DNA from: Mytilus trossulus
Lineage: Eukaryota
DNA: 64,000 nt
NCBI RefSeq assembly: GCF_036588685.1
Contig: NC_086377.1
Coordinates: forward strand, 2,294,001 to 2,358,000
Reading direction: 5' to 3'
A model generated the notes under the pieces. It was not told the origin of the DNA. It did no database searches and saw only the letters and a program-made list of their open reading frames with translations. Below are positions 12,860 through 24,097 of this stretch, piece after piece; position 1 is the first letter of the stretch; each line of letters begins with the position of its first letter. Both the position numbers and the translations under genes were made by a program.

Positions 12860-13724
12860 TGTAGGACTCAAATCTTTGGCGGGTTCCAAATCTATGGAAG
12901 ATTCCTAATCTATGGTAAATGTGACGTTACAACCGCCAAACAACTCAAATCTATTGCAGATTTTTGTTTTCTCCAAATCTATGGCAGATCTTTAAATGCA
13001 TTGCGTCACAATTGAATAACGCCATATTACATCGATGACGAAACCCGTAGATTTAAACACCATTCCAGATGAAGGTATTTTCCGTGACAAGAGCTTGCGG
13101 ATGGTTTATAGGAAAACATGTACCGGCCGAAGCCCGCAATGAAAAAGAGCACCGTTTTTGTTTTGTACCGGATTTTTTAGAAAAGGAGTTACAGTTAACA
13201 GTTAACTGTCTACGGCTGGCAAAGTTTATAAAGTGAAGGAAAACAACCGGCTACCAATTTGATTGAAATCGTCATTAAATAAAAAAAAAAGATGAATTAA
13301 CGATGAAAAAAAAAAATATGTGAAAGTTCAAACTGTTCATTTTTATTTATGTCTTTTATATATAAAAAAAAAATGCCTACTTGTTTGTTAGGATACTTAC
13401 TAGTGAGTTTAATGGAATGGTTAAACAATACCATGCATGTACAGATTAAAAAACTGTTTATTTTAATCTTGAAGTCTGTATTAAGATTTCCACTTGTTTA
13501 AGACAAGTCATTGGTCATATTTTGCATTGTTTTCCATTTGCCAAAAAAAATTGCTATGGATAGGAAACAACAAAAAATCCGTTAAAGATTAGGAAATTAC
13601 AAAACTTGCCATAGATTAAGATTGTAAAATACCTGCCATAGATTTGGGATGGCATGACGTCACATTTACCATAGATTAGGAATCTGCCATAGGTTTGGAA
13701 CCCACCATAGATTTGAGTCCTACA
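12860..13724. mobile_element. Non-autonomous TIR element with TGT...ACA termini (Ginger-like)
   Basis: ~70-bp TIRs tgtaggactcaaatct..ggcgggttccaaatctatgg / ccatagatttgagtcctaca with repeated aatctatgg sub-motifs; flanked by tata on both sides (4-bp TATA or 2-bp TA TSD). Confidence 0.8.
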
Positions 13725-14673
13725 TATATAAAAGGGTTGCAATCAATTGACTGTCACCCATTATTCCATAGTATTGACAGAACGAAATAATAATTGTCAT
13801 AGTTATCAGTTTTTTGTAAGGTACTCGATTGTTAATCTCCTGTTGTTAGATTTTAAACAGATTTTACAGTGTTTTCATAAACACGTTTCTGTAATTTTGC
13901 ATAATTTGCAGTCTATAATTTGTTTGCAGAACATATAAACCTTACATAAACTCTCGATGGACCAATGCACATGTATAATTTACTATAACGTAGTATCATA
14001 TAAAATGATGCATTACACTCGACTTTAAATAGTATTTAGTCGATTTGATTTACATGTATCTACTCCGTGTGTACTCGCAGTTAGAACCCAAATTAATGAA
14101 GTACTAAATGTAATTAAATTACTGTTAATCATTGTACAACGCCTACAAAAATAGTTTCTATTTAATTTACAATTTCAAAGTTCAACTTAGTCATTGAGCT
14201 TATATTTATTTTTTCTAAGGTCACTTATGAGACAAATTATTTTAGTGATTTGTGGAAATTCTTTTCTTAATACATATCTAGTTGCAAATATTAAAGTTGA
14301 GGATGTGATGTTCAATAATAGTTATAGACTATTATATAGAAACATGCTATATCTTTGTATCACATTATATCATAATATAATTCTGACAGGATGTAGAAAA
14401 GGCCTAATTCAAATACACTGTAATGGTATTTCATTTTATATATTTCAAAATATATGTGCTTAATAGAAAATGAAGAAACGTAAACAGCATAGGAAAATAG
14501 GAGCTTGTTATCAACATTTATCTTTCAGATTTTAAATTATTATAATAACAATGAATAATGAGTTGTCTATCTTTCAATTACGTTTAAGACAAGAGTTGTT
14601 ATCTCCCATGTCCGTTTTGTCAAGAAGCATCTAAGAGAAGCAACTCCACTTTGATCCTATATTTCAGTTGGGA

Positions 14674-15755
14674 TGATAATAAAATAACAAGGGTACACTA
14701 TCAGTCATTGCGATTTTGTATTCACAGAGAAAATCGATCTTTAATGTTGTAATAGGGATGATAATGAAATTATAAGGGTACACTATCAGTCATTGAGATC
14801 TTATATTCACATATGAAATTGAAAGTTAGTGTTGTAAAAGAAGTCATAATAAAATAACAAGTGTACACAATGAGTCATTGAGATTTTGTATTCACAGGGG
14901 AAATCGAAAGTAGGTGTTATAGTCGGCTTGATAATAAAGTAACATTGGTACACAATCAGTCATTTAGATCTTGTATTCACAGAGGAAATCGAAAGTGAGG
15001 GTTGTAATATGGGTGATAATAAAATAACTATGGTACTCAATCAATCATTTATATCTTGTATGTTCAGGGGAAATCGAAAGTTAGTGTAGTAATAGGGGTA
15101 ATAATAAAATCACAAGGGTACACAATCAGTCATTGAGATTTTGTATTCACAGAAATAATCAAAATTTAGTGTTGTAATAGGGGTGATAATCAAATAACAA
15201 CGGTACACAACCAGTTATTGAGATCTTGTATTCACAGAGGAAATTAAAAGTTAGTGGCGTAATAGGGGTGATAACAAAATCAAAAGGGTACACAATCAGT
15301 CAATGATATCTTGTATTCACAGAGGAAATCGAAAGCTAGTGTTGCAATAGGGGTGATAACCAAATAATAGGGGTACACAATCAGTCATTGCTATCTTGTA
15401 TTCCCAGAGAAAATCGAAAGTAAGTGTTGTAACGGGGGTGATAATAAAATAACAAAGGTACAAAACCAGTCATTTAGATCTTGTATTCACAGAGCAAATC
15501 GAATGTCATTGTTGTAATAGGGGTGATAATTAAATCACAAGGGTACACAATCAGTCATTGATATCTTGTATTCACATAGGAAATCGAAACTTAGTATCGT
15601 AATAGGGGTGATAATTAAATCACAAGGGTACACAATCAGTCATTGATATCTTGTATTCACAGAGGGAATCGAAAACTAGTGTTGTCATAGGGATACTAAT
15701 AAAATAACAAGGGTACACAGTCAAGCATTGACATTTTGTACTCACATAGGAAAGT
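14674..15755. repeat. 85-bp tandem array, ~12-13 copies
   Basis: gataat motif recurs at 85-bp spacing (e.g. 15185, 15270). Confidence 0.95.
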
Positions 15756-15869
15756 CAAATATGTCAAAGTAACGTTTTAATACAAATCTCAAATTTGTGT
15801 ATCACATAATACTAACTCTGAGGCATAATTCAAACTTTATATTTAAAGATCGCAAGAGAAAACTACCTA

Positions 15870-16053
15870 AGGCTTAGATTACCATAGCTGTATTTGGCAA
15901 CACTTTTAGGAATTTTGGATCTCAATGCTCTTCAACTTCGTACTTTATTTGGCTTTTTTAATTTTTTTTTGGATTCAAGCGTCACTGATGAGTCGACGAA
16001 ACGCGCGTCTGGCGTATATATAAAATTTAGTCCTGGTATCTATGATGAGTTTA
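15870..16053 (+). mobile_element. Hammerhead-carrying short interspersed element (non-LTR retrozyme-like)
   Basis: Contains a hammerhead motif at 15979-16015; homologous to 44245-44403, 42397-42678 (minus), 33950-34070 and 35610-35755; absent from the paralogous site at ~22620. Confidence 0.8.
15979..16015 (+). ncRNA. Minimal type I hammerhead ribozyme motif (core intact, stem II loop deleted)
   Basis: gcgtca-CTGATGA-gtc/gac-GAAA-cgcgcg-TC-tggcgt: stem I gcgtca/tggcgt, palindromic stem III, GUC cleavage triplet. Confidence 0.75.
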
Positions 16054-16199
16054 TCTTCTTCATTTAAAAAAAAAAAAAAAAGATATTGCATTGAAATTCT
16101 TTTATCTATAAGAATAGCTTGCATGTAATGCATGTAAACGATTATCAAAATTTCACCAAGCGATAAATTTATTGACTTTCGGGAAAATTTAGAACTAGC

Positions 16200-17545
16200 A
16201 AAGATATCCTGCACAGGTCGCGGGCATACCTTAAGTAGTCCGTTCATACATGTTTTATGTTTATGAATGTTTTCAAAATGACCTAATTGAAAATGCATAA
16301 GACTCGGGCATACCTCAGGTAAAATCAGCAGATATAGTTTTTTTTGTACTTTTATGTAAATATTTAAAACTTCCACGATATCCTACACATGACTCAGACA
16401 TACCTCAGGTATAGTTCGCAAACATATTTACTTACTTTTATGTCAATATATAAAACTACCACGATATCCTACACAAGGCTCGTTCATACCTCAGGCATAG
16501 TCCGCAAACATAATTATTTACTTTTATGCAAATATTTTAAACTACCACGTTATCTACACATAGCTCGGGCGTACACCAGGTATAGTCCGCAAACATAGTT
16601 ATTTACTTTTATGTTAAAATTTTTAAATTGCATGATATCCTACACAAGGCTCGGGCATACATCTTGTATAGTACGCACACATAGTTATTTACTTTTGTGT
16701 AAATATTTAAAACTTTCACGATATTCTACACAAGGCTCGGACATACACGAGGTATAGTCTGCAAACAAAGTTATTTACTTTAATGTCAATATTTAAAACT
16801 ACCGCAATATCCTACACAAGGCTCGGACATACCTCTGGTATAGTCTGCAAACATAGTTATTTACTTTTAAGTAAATATTTTAAACTACTTAGATATCCTA
16901 CACAAGGGTCGGGCATATGACAGGTATAGTCTGCAAATATAGTAACTTACTTTTATGTTAATATTTTAAACTACCACGTTATCCTACACAAGACTCGGGC
17001 ATACATCTCGTATAGTCCGCAAACATAGTTATTTACTTTTATGTAAATATCTAAAACTGCCACGATTTTCTACACAAGGCTCGGGCATAAACCAGGTATA
17101 GTCCGCAAACATAGTTTTTTACTTTTATGTAAATATTATAAACTACCACGTTATCCTACACAAGGCTCAGGCTTACACCAGGTATAGTCCGCAAACATAG
17201 GTATTTACTTTTATGTAAATATTCAAAACTTCCACGATATCCTACTCAAGGCTCGGGCAAACACCAGATATAGTCCGCAAAAGTGGTTATTTACTTTTAG
17301 GTAAATATTTAAAACTATCACGATATCTTACACAAGGCTCGAGCATAAATCAGGTATCGTCCGCAAACATAGTTATTTACTTTTATGTAATTATTTGAAA
17401 CTACCAGGTTATCCTACCGAGGCTCAGGCATACACCAGGTATAGTCCGGAACATAGTTATTTACTTGTATGTAAATATCTAAACTACAACGATATCCTAC
17501 ACAAGGCTCGGGCATACGTCAGGTATAGTCTGCACAAATAATTAT
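16200..17545. repeat. 86-bp tandem array, ~15 copies
   Basis: Unit cacgatatcctacacaaggctcgggcatacaccaggtatagtccgcaaacatagttatttacttttatgtaaatatttaaaactac; spacing 86 (17061, 17147). Confidence 0.95.
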
Positions 17546-18094
17546 TTATTTTTTTTGAAAATATTAAAAAAAAAATATTGGTCAGTTGACATTTTTGCAA
17601 GCTTTCAATGTGTATTTAAATTATGGCTTCCGGTTCTGTTATGTATAACCTTATTGAAACGTATTATTTTTCAAAATTGAGATACAGTATTTTTCATTTG
17701 AATAACTTTTTGTTTTTTTTTTCATTTAGTCCGGTCACTGGTACAGTCTTGAGCGTAACCTATATTAAGATAATACTTTGTAAGAAATATTTTGATAGTT
17801 TGACAAAAGTGCAAAACTTACGATATGGAACGAAAAATATTCAGGTTTTTCATAACATATGCATACCGAATCAGCGTGTTAGTTCTTACAACCAACGTGT
17901 TGAAAATGATAACCAACACGTTGAAAGTAAAATCCAAAGTACTGGAAGTTAAAAACAACACGTTGAAAGTGACAACAAACGCGCAGATAGTAATACCAAA
18001 GCGTTGAAATTTTGATACGGTATGGCTTATACCGCCATTGACACGAACGGCTATTGATATACTTGTACATTTGTACACAGGCAGAATGTATGGA

Positions 18095-18740
18095 CGTTAA
18101 TTTAACCTGAATCTCACAAAAAATTTACGTGAAAAATTCATGTGAGATTCCCCTCAAACAATCTTATACATGAAATTCACGTTAAAATGTTCATGTGAAT
18201 TTTTCATGATTGAAGACTCACATGAAATCACGCGTACGGTCCAAATACTCATACGGTCTGGAACATATATATATATATATATATATATGTAAGACTCAGA
18301 TCGACGTCAAGTCTCTAATCGACGTCCGTTCCTCAAATCGACGTCCAAATCTGACATGAAATTTACGTGAAAAATTCATGTGAGATTCCCCTCAAACAAT
18401 CTTATACATGGAATTCACGTTAAAATTGTCATGTGAATTTCTCATGATTTGAGATTCATATGTTATTACGTGAAAACACGAATTTCACAGAAAAAAATAG
18501 TATTTTTCATGCTTGTTTTTGGTTAAAAAATATAAAATATAAATGTTATTTGAATAACGATATTCTAAAATCATTTGAATTTTAAATGAAAAATTCATTA
18601 TAGGATTTTCACGTGAAATTCATATGAAACGCACATAACTGATTTCACGTATAAACTTGAGATGAGATTTACGAGAATTTCACAAGAGATCCAAATGAAT
18701 TTAAATTCAAGTAAAATTGATGTTAGTGAAATTTGCCAGT
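18095..18740. repeat. Repeat rich in (T)TCACGTGAA/TTCACATGAA palindromic motifs with an internal ~110-bp direct duplication and nested element ends
   Basis: 18120-18215 is repeated at 18359-18455; paralog at 23050-23380; 18231-18265 matches the TIR of 24583-25413. Confidence 0.65.
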
Positions 18741-19761
18741 ATAGCACCTACTTTAATAGAACAAAAAAGGTTTAAATACTAGTGTGTAACTAAGAATGTA
18801 CCACAACTTGCTGTTATCAACTTCTTATGAACAATGGCAGTCATATTTTGTAAAATATCACAAAACTAAATTCAATATAACTCATATGACAGATCTATAT
18901 TGTAAAAGAAAATGTATGGAATCAATAAATTCCTTTCGCTACAACGAGTAAACTAGGATACTATTATACAAAATGGTTACATGTATTTGTTATAATTCAA
19001 AGATGATTTACTTTAGTTCGAAATAATTACTATTATCTAACCAAGGAGTTAAAACAACATGTTAACATCAAGAACACATTAATTTTTGATAACATTTTGG
19101 TTTGTAAGAAAACAAACTTGGTTATTTATTATGTGTATCGGTTTTATTTTAAACAACATTATATATTTATTCATCAAATATGCTTGTTACCTTTTTTTCA
19201 TTTCTGATTAGATACATACTATGATTTGTATATGGAAAAACGTAAGATTGTTAGGAAATAATTCAGACCAAAATATTTTTTGTCAAACATTTTATATCCA
19301 AAGACATAGTACTTTAATGATACTCTAACATTTAAATTATAATATAAAATGTGGCAAAACTTATGTTTTAATAATAAGAATTTTCCCGATTAAAGTAAAA
19401 TTACTTGTCCCCCATAAATGAAATAGTTTATTCATTTTCTCAATTTTATTCTTCCAGTTTAATTTTTCACATTCTTTTCTGTTATGACCAAAATACATTC
19501 CCTATGTTTTGACTGGTGTGTTTGTCTAATTAATCCCAGCTACCTTATCTTCACTATTTTTCAGTTTTCCTATCCATATACCCTCTGTTTTATTTTTATT
19601 CAAAGTTAACCCAGAAAATGATTAAAAAAGTATCGGGTAAAATTTGACAAGACATATAAATTAACACATGACACATCGGTCGGGTTGCTTATGTTAATAC
19701 AAACCCGGTAAATAGTCTTATTTGGAAGGTCAAATTCTAGAACAGAAAACGGGTTTGTAAC

Positions 19762-20330
19762 ATCTCAGTACCAGAATCAATGACAAAAGAGACTATTTTA
19801 ATTTTGAAATTATAAATTTCCCCCACCTTGGTAGCAATATACCAACTTCATCTGCAGATGTTATAGTATATACATTTCCCAACTTAATCGATATTCAAGA
19901 GCTTGCAGCTCCTTCTCAGAATAAACAAAAGTTCATCGGAAGGTACCAAGACCTTGTTGATAAATATTCCGTATCAACTTCAAAAATAATACATGATGGT
20001 CTTGATGTATATATTCTCCGTACTGACGTTGTTTATCGTCTTAAAAACGTGGTATATTGTTCTTTCATTTGTGTTTGTTCTATTATTAATATTACTTTTA
20101 CTGTTGGATTGTTTTCTGTGATATACATTTAACTTGGCTCGGTACATACACATCCCGTCAATGTGTTTGTTATATCTTTCATTTTTGCTTGTGTGTTTTG
20201 TAAATGCGACTTTTTGTGTTTCTTTGGTTCTTATAACGTGACTGTGTACTTTAAAAGATCCTGTCAGTATGTTATTGCTCTATAAAATGTCATTATGTTA
20301 TATTTATATTATAAATAAGGGAAAAAAACG
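19762..20330 (+). mobile_element. Penelope-like RT C-terminal fragment, decayed
   Basis: LSTRINDKRDYFNFEIINFPHLGSNIPTSSA...ISQLNRYSRACS reads from ~19763; 3' boundary approximate. Confidence 0.7.
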
Positions 20331-20499
20331 TTGAACCACAAACGTCAAAATTATTCGATCACGCAGTGGAATGAACCATTTGTGGATTCTTATAAATTCT
20401 ATAGAACTTTTGGACTATTTTAAATCTCGGACTATTTCTTAAATTAATTGTTACATACTGATGATGTTTTAACCCTGTATGCTAACATTTCCCACGTGG

Positions 20500-20815
20500 A
20501 AATTAAAAAAAATGTGTGTATGAACATTGAACTACAAACATATGTGACGTATACATTTGCTGACGTCAGACACAGCAATGTATATGATTTTAATTTGACA
20601 GATGCTTGTGTGTTCTTTTAAGTTGTTTCTTTTAAAATTGTAACACGATGATGACTGCTGTACCCAAATTTTGACTATTTTATTTAGTATGTCTGTTTAG
20701 TTCACGCATCATTGTAAATATAACGGAACTTGATGACACTGTCGTACACAGTTAGAGGTTTAGCGCTATGCAACCAGGTTTAATCCACTATTTTCTATAT
20801 TTGAAAATGCCTGTA
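20500..20815 (+). repeat. Dispersed repeat (inverted copy at 61861-62270; partial copy at 46121-46322)
   Basis: Shared gacgtcagacac, ctgtaccc..attttgactatt and ccaggtttaatcca..attttcta..gaaaatgcctgta motifs. Confidence 0.7.
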
Positions 20816-21214
20816 TCATATACTTAACAGTTTTATAATTTAAATATAAACAATGTATATAATAGCACACACGTCAGTTGTAACAAAACGTAAAGACAAT
20901 TGTTTAGTATGATGTATATACTATGATTGTATCTTGAGGAGACCAATCCTAATACAAATATAATCTGACAAGAACGGTGACCTATATTTGTTTATTTCTG
21001 TGTCCTTTTGGTATCTTGTGAAGAGTTGTCGCATTGACATTCATACCACATCTTCTTTTTTTATATAATCTGATCAGTATTGATTTTTTAATTGTTTGAC
21101 ACATACAACAATAAATGTGTTTTCATCAACTAATCAACAAATCATATCAGATGTTTACAAAAGAATAATATCAGTACACGAAGTAATACGGTATGAGTGG
21201 CCGTTCGTATCATT

Positions 21215-21396
21215 GTCGTGTGTATGCACTTGACTCCAATCTTAATTGACAAGTATTGTCAGTTTTCATATCGAAGATAGGTGGTTGTCTCCGGGCACTT
21301 CGGATTTCTTAACCAATTAAAACTTTCCAACACGAAATTTCCCAAAGGCGTAGCTAAAAAAGTGGCGTTAAAACACCAAAAATCAAATCAAATCAA
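21215..21396 (+). mobile_element. SINE remnant with V-domain-like core and (AAATC)n tail
   Basis: ggtggttgtctccgggcacttcggatttc resembles the conserved V-SINE central motif; ends gtggcgttaaaacaccaaaaatcaaatcaaatcaa. Confidence 0.55.
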
Positions 21397-22364
21397 TTTT
21401 CATCGGGTAGTTTTATATTTTTAACGCGTTAGTTTTCACTTTCAACGAGTTGGTTCTAAAAACTAATGCGTTGATTCGTCATTCATCAGTATGAATAACC
21501 AACCCGTTGGTTTTAAATTCTACACCATTAGTTTTATTCCATACCATAGCGTTTGCACTTTGGTCAGCCGATCAATAACTTTACAAAATATATTTTAAAT
21601 ATTGGTTACTCTAATGACTTGACCGATGACAGGACAAATACAGAACTGAATAAAAAAATGCTCATTTTTTCTTTTATATCTCAAATGATTTATCTCAAAT
21701 TTGATATCTGATAAAATTCTGCCTATAATATACAGATAAAAGGAAGCAAAACAATGTATTTTTAAAACAATTCGAAAACGTCATCTGACAATTGCACTGA
21801 CCTGACCAACATCGAACTGACCGGACAAAAAAAAAATGATTCTTACTTTTTTTGTTTCTAAAAGGATTCATCTCAAATTTGAAAGATAATAATATTTCAT
21901 GATTTAAAACATAAATAAGAATTAAAATAAATGAATGAAGTACTTAAAATTTGTGAAAACGTGACCTAACCAACGTTGACAATGACCTGACCAATTAAAA
22001 GTTGTGATGTCCTTGTTATTTTATTTTAAAAAGTTAAATTGATAAATTTTTGCCATTAATTCAAAAGAGAATTTAAAAAGATTTGATCTAACCGACGTTG
22101 ACTGTGATCTGACTGTTATCATGACCATGAATATTTACCTTTCTATATGATAAAGGATTTGCTTCAATTTCATAGAAACATTCAGAATGAAACAGTGTTC
22201 CAATTGTTCAATTTATATAGACTATTTTAGTTATATCTTGCTATTGCAATTAGATAACTAGCTTCATCAAACAGTCATCAACAATGGACATCATGAAGGG
22301 AATACAAAGTAAAAGTAAATTAATAGGTGATCTTGTACTAACAGAAGAGTAACAATATAGAAAG

Positions 22365-23905
22365 AGTTGTAATAGTGGTGATAACAAAATAACAAGGGCA
22401 CACAATCAAACATTGAGATATTGTATCCACAGAGGAAACCAAAAGTAAGTGTTGTTATAGAGTTGATAACAAAAAAAAAAACAAGGGTACAAAATCAATC
22501 ATTGACATTTTGTACTCAAAAAGGAAAGTCAAACATGTCAAAGTACCGTTTTTATAATTTTGAAATTTCAAATTTTGTAGCATAATTCAATCTTTAGATT
22601 TAAAGATTTAAATAAAATCTATTTTGTAGACATTATTTTATCTATGGAAATAGCTTTACGGTAATGCATGTAAACGATTATCAAACGTTTTAACAAGCGA
22701 AACATTTAAAACTAATAAAAATATCCTGCACAGGTCTCGGACATACTTCAAGTAGTCCGCTCATATATATATTTTTTATGTTTATGAAAGTATTTAAAGT
22801 GAACTAATTCTAAAAGAAATTCTGCTTAGACTCGGGTATACATCAGGTATAGTCCGCAAATATAGTTTTTTTTTTAACTTTTTATTTATATTTAAAACTT
22901 CCACGGTATCCTACACATGGCTCAGGCATACCCCAGGTATAGTCTGCAAACATAGTTATTTGCTTTATGGAAAATATCAACAACAACAATATCCTACACA
23001 ATTTTGGTTTTCAATTTCAACGGGTTGGTTTTTTTTGCTGCATATTTGAATCGCAATTCACGAGAAATTCACTTGAACATGTAAACGATCGTTTCATGTA
23101 TAAGGTCGTTTGAGTTGAATCTCACCTGAAAACTAACACACGAATTTCACAATTGAAAATTTGTATTTTGTTTTTTTCATGATTTTTATTTAATTTAAAC
23201 ATATATTTGAAGTACGATATTCAAGTGAAATTCACGTGAGGTTTACATGCGATTCACATGAAACTAGCATTAACTGATTTCACGTATAAATTCGTTTGAG
23301 ATGAGATTGACGAGAATTTCACGAGAGATTCACATGAATTTAAATTCAAGTGAAACTTATGTAAGTGAAATTTGCCAGAACAAAACCTACTTCAATATAA
23401 CAAGTAAAGGTTTAGATAATAGTGAGTTATTAATAATGTACCACAACTTGTTTTTATCAACTTCTGAACAATGACAGTCAGATATATTAAAAAATCAGAC
23501 AAAATATCACAAAACTTAATCAAAAATGCCTCATATGACTGAGATTCATTTATTGTAAAAAAACTAACCCAATGAATAAATTTCTTTCGCTACAACATTT
23601 TACAAAATGATTAAATGTATTTGCTTTAATTAGAAATGATTTATATTATTTCTAGAGAATTACTATTACCTGACTAAGGAGTTAACACAACATATTCTCA
23701 TCAAGAACACATCAATTTTTGATAACATTACCTGTTTGTAAGAAAACAAACTTGGTTATTTATTATGATTTATCGGATAAAATAAAAAAATAAATTAATA
23801 TGACACATGTGGCACTGGTTTGGTTGCTTATGTTAGTACAAACCCTTTCACAAGTCTAATGTGGATGTTCACATTCCAGAAAATGTAACGGGTTTGTGGA
23901 AACCC
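22365..23905 (+). repeat. Paralog of the 14.7-19.76 kb block with short arrays (2 x 85 bp, ~3 x 86 bp)
   Basis: Collinear matches: 15720-15850/22495-22610, 16090-16420/22625-22960, 18600-19140/23225-23780, 19655-19758/23790-23897. Confidence 0.85.
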
Positions 23906-23998
23906 TATTAGGAATATATTAAAGTTGTCTTATTTACAACATGCTTTTGTATTTATTCACAATAAAGAGGAGTAGGATCAAATCAAAATCATAATTAC

Positions 23999-24097
23999 AT
24001 TGTCTCTTGCATCTCTTTGACAGCCCATAAAAATCAGGTATTGGACTATCTGTAAGGTACCGTTTTGGAAAGCAATGAATAATACTGTATTTCCAGC
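23999..24097 (-). CDS. Ankyrin gene exon (99 nt, divergent ANK repeat)
   Basis: aacag|GCTGGA...GACAAT|gtaatt; AGNTVLFIAFQNGTLQIVQYLIFMGCQRDARDN. Confidence 0.8.

Noticed and set aside
14582-14630. Candidate 49-nt minus-strand exon (ctcttag|ATGCTT...AAAC|gtaatt)
   Set aside because: Splice-like signals only; no recognisable protein motif, and such matches are expected by chance in AT-rich DNA.
14674-17545. CRISPR-like arrays (85- and 86-bp periodicity; also 63058-63632)
   Set aside because: Whole units repeat with no unique spacers, there are no cas genes, and the context is eukaryotic.
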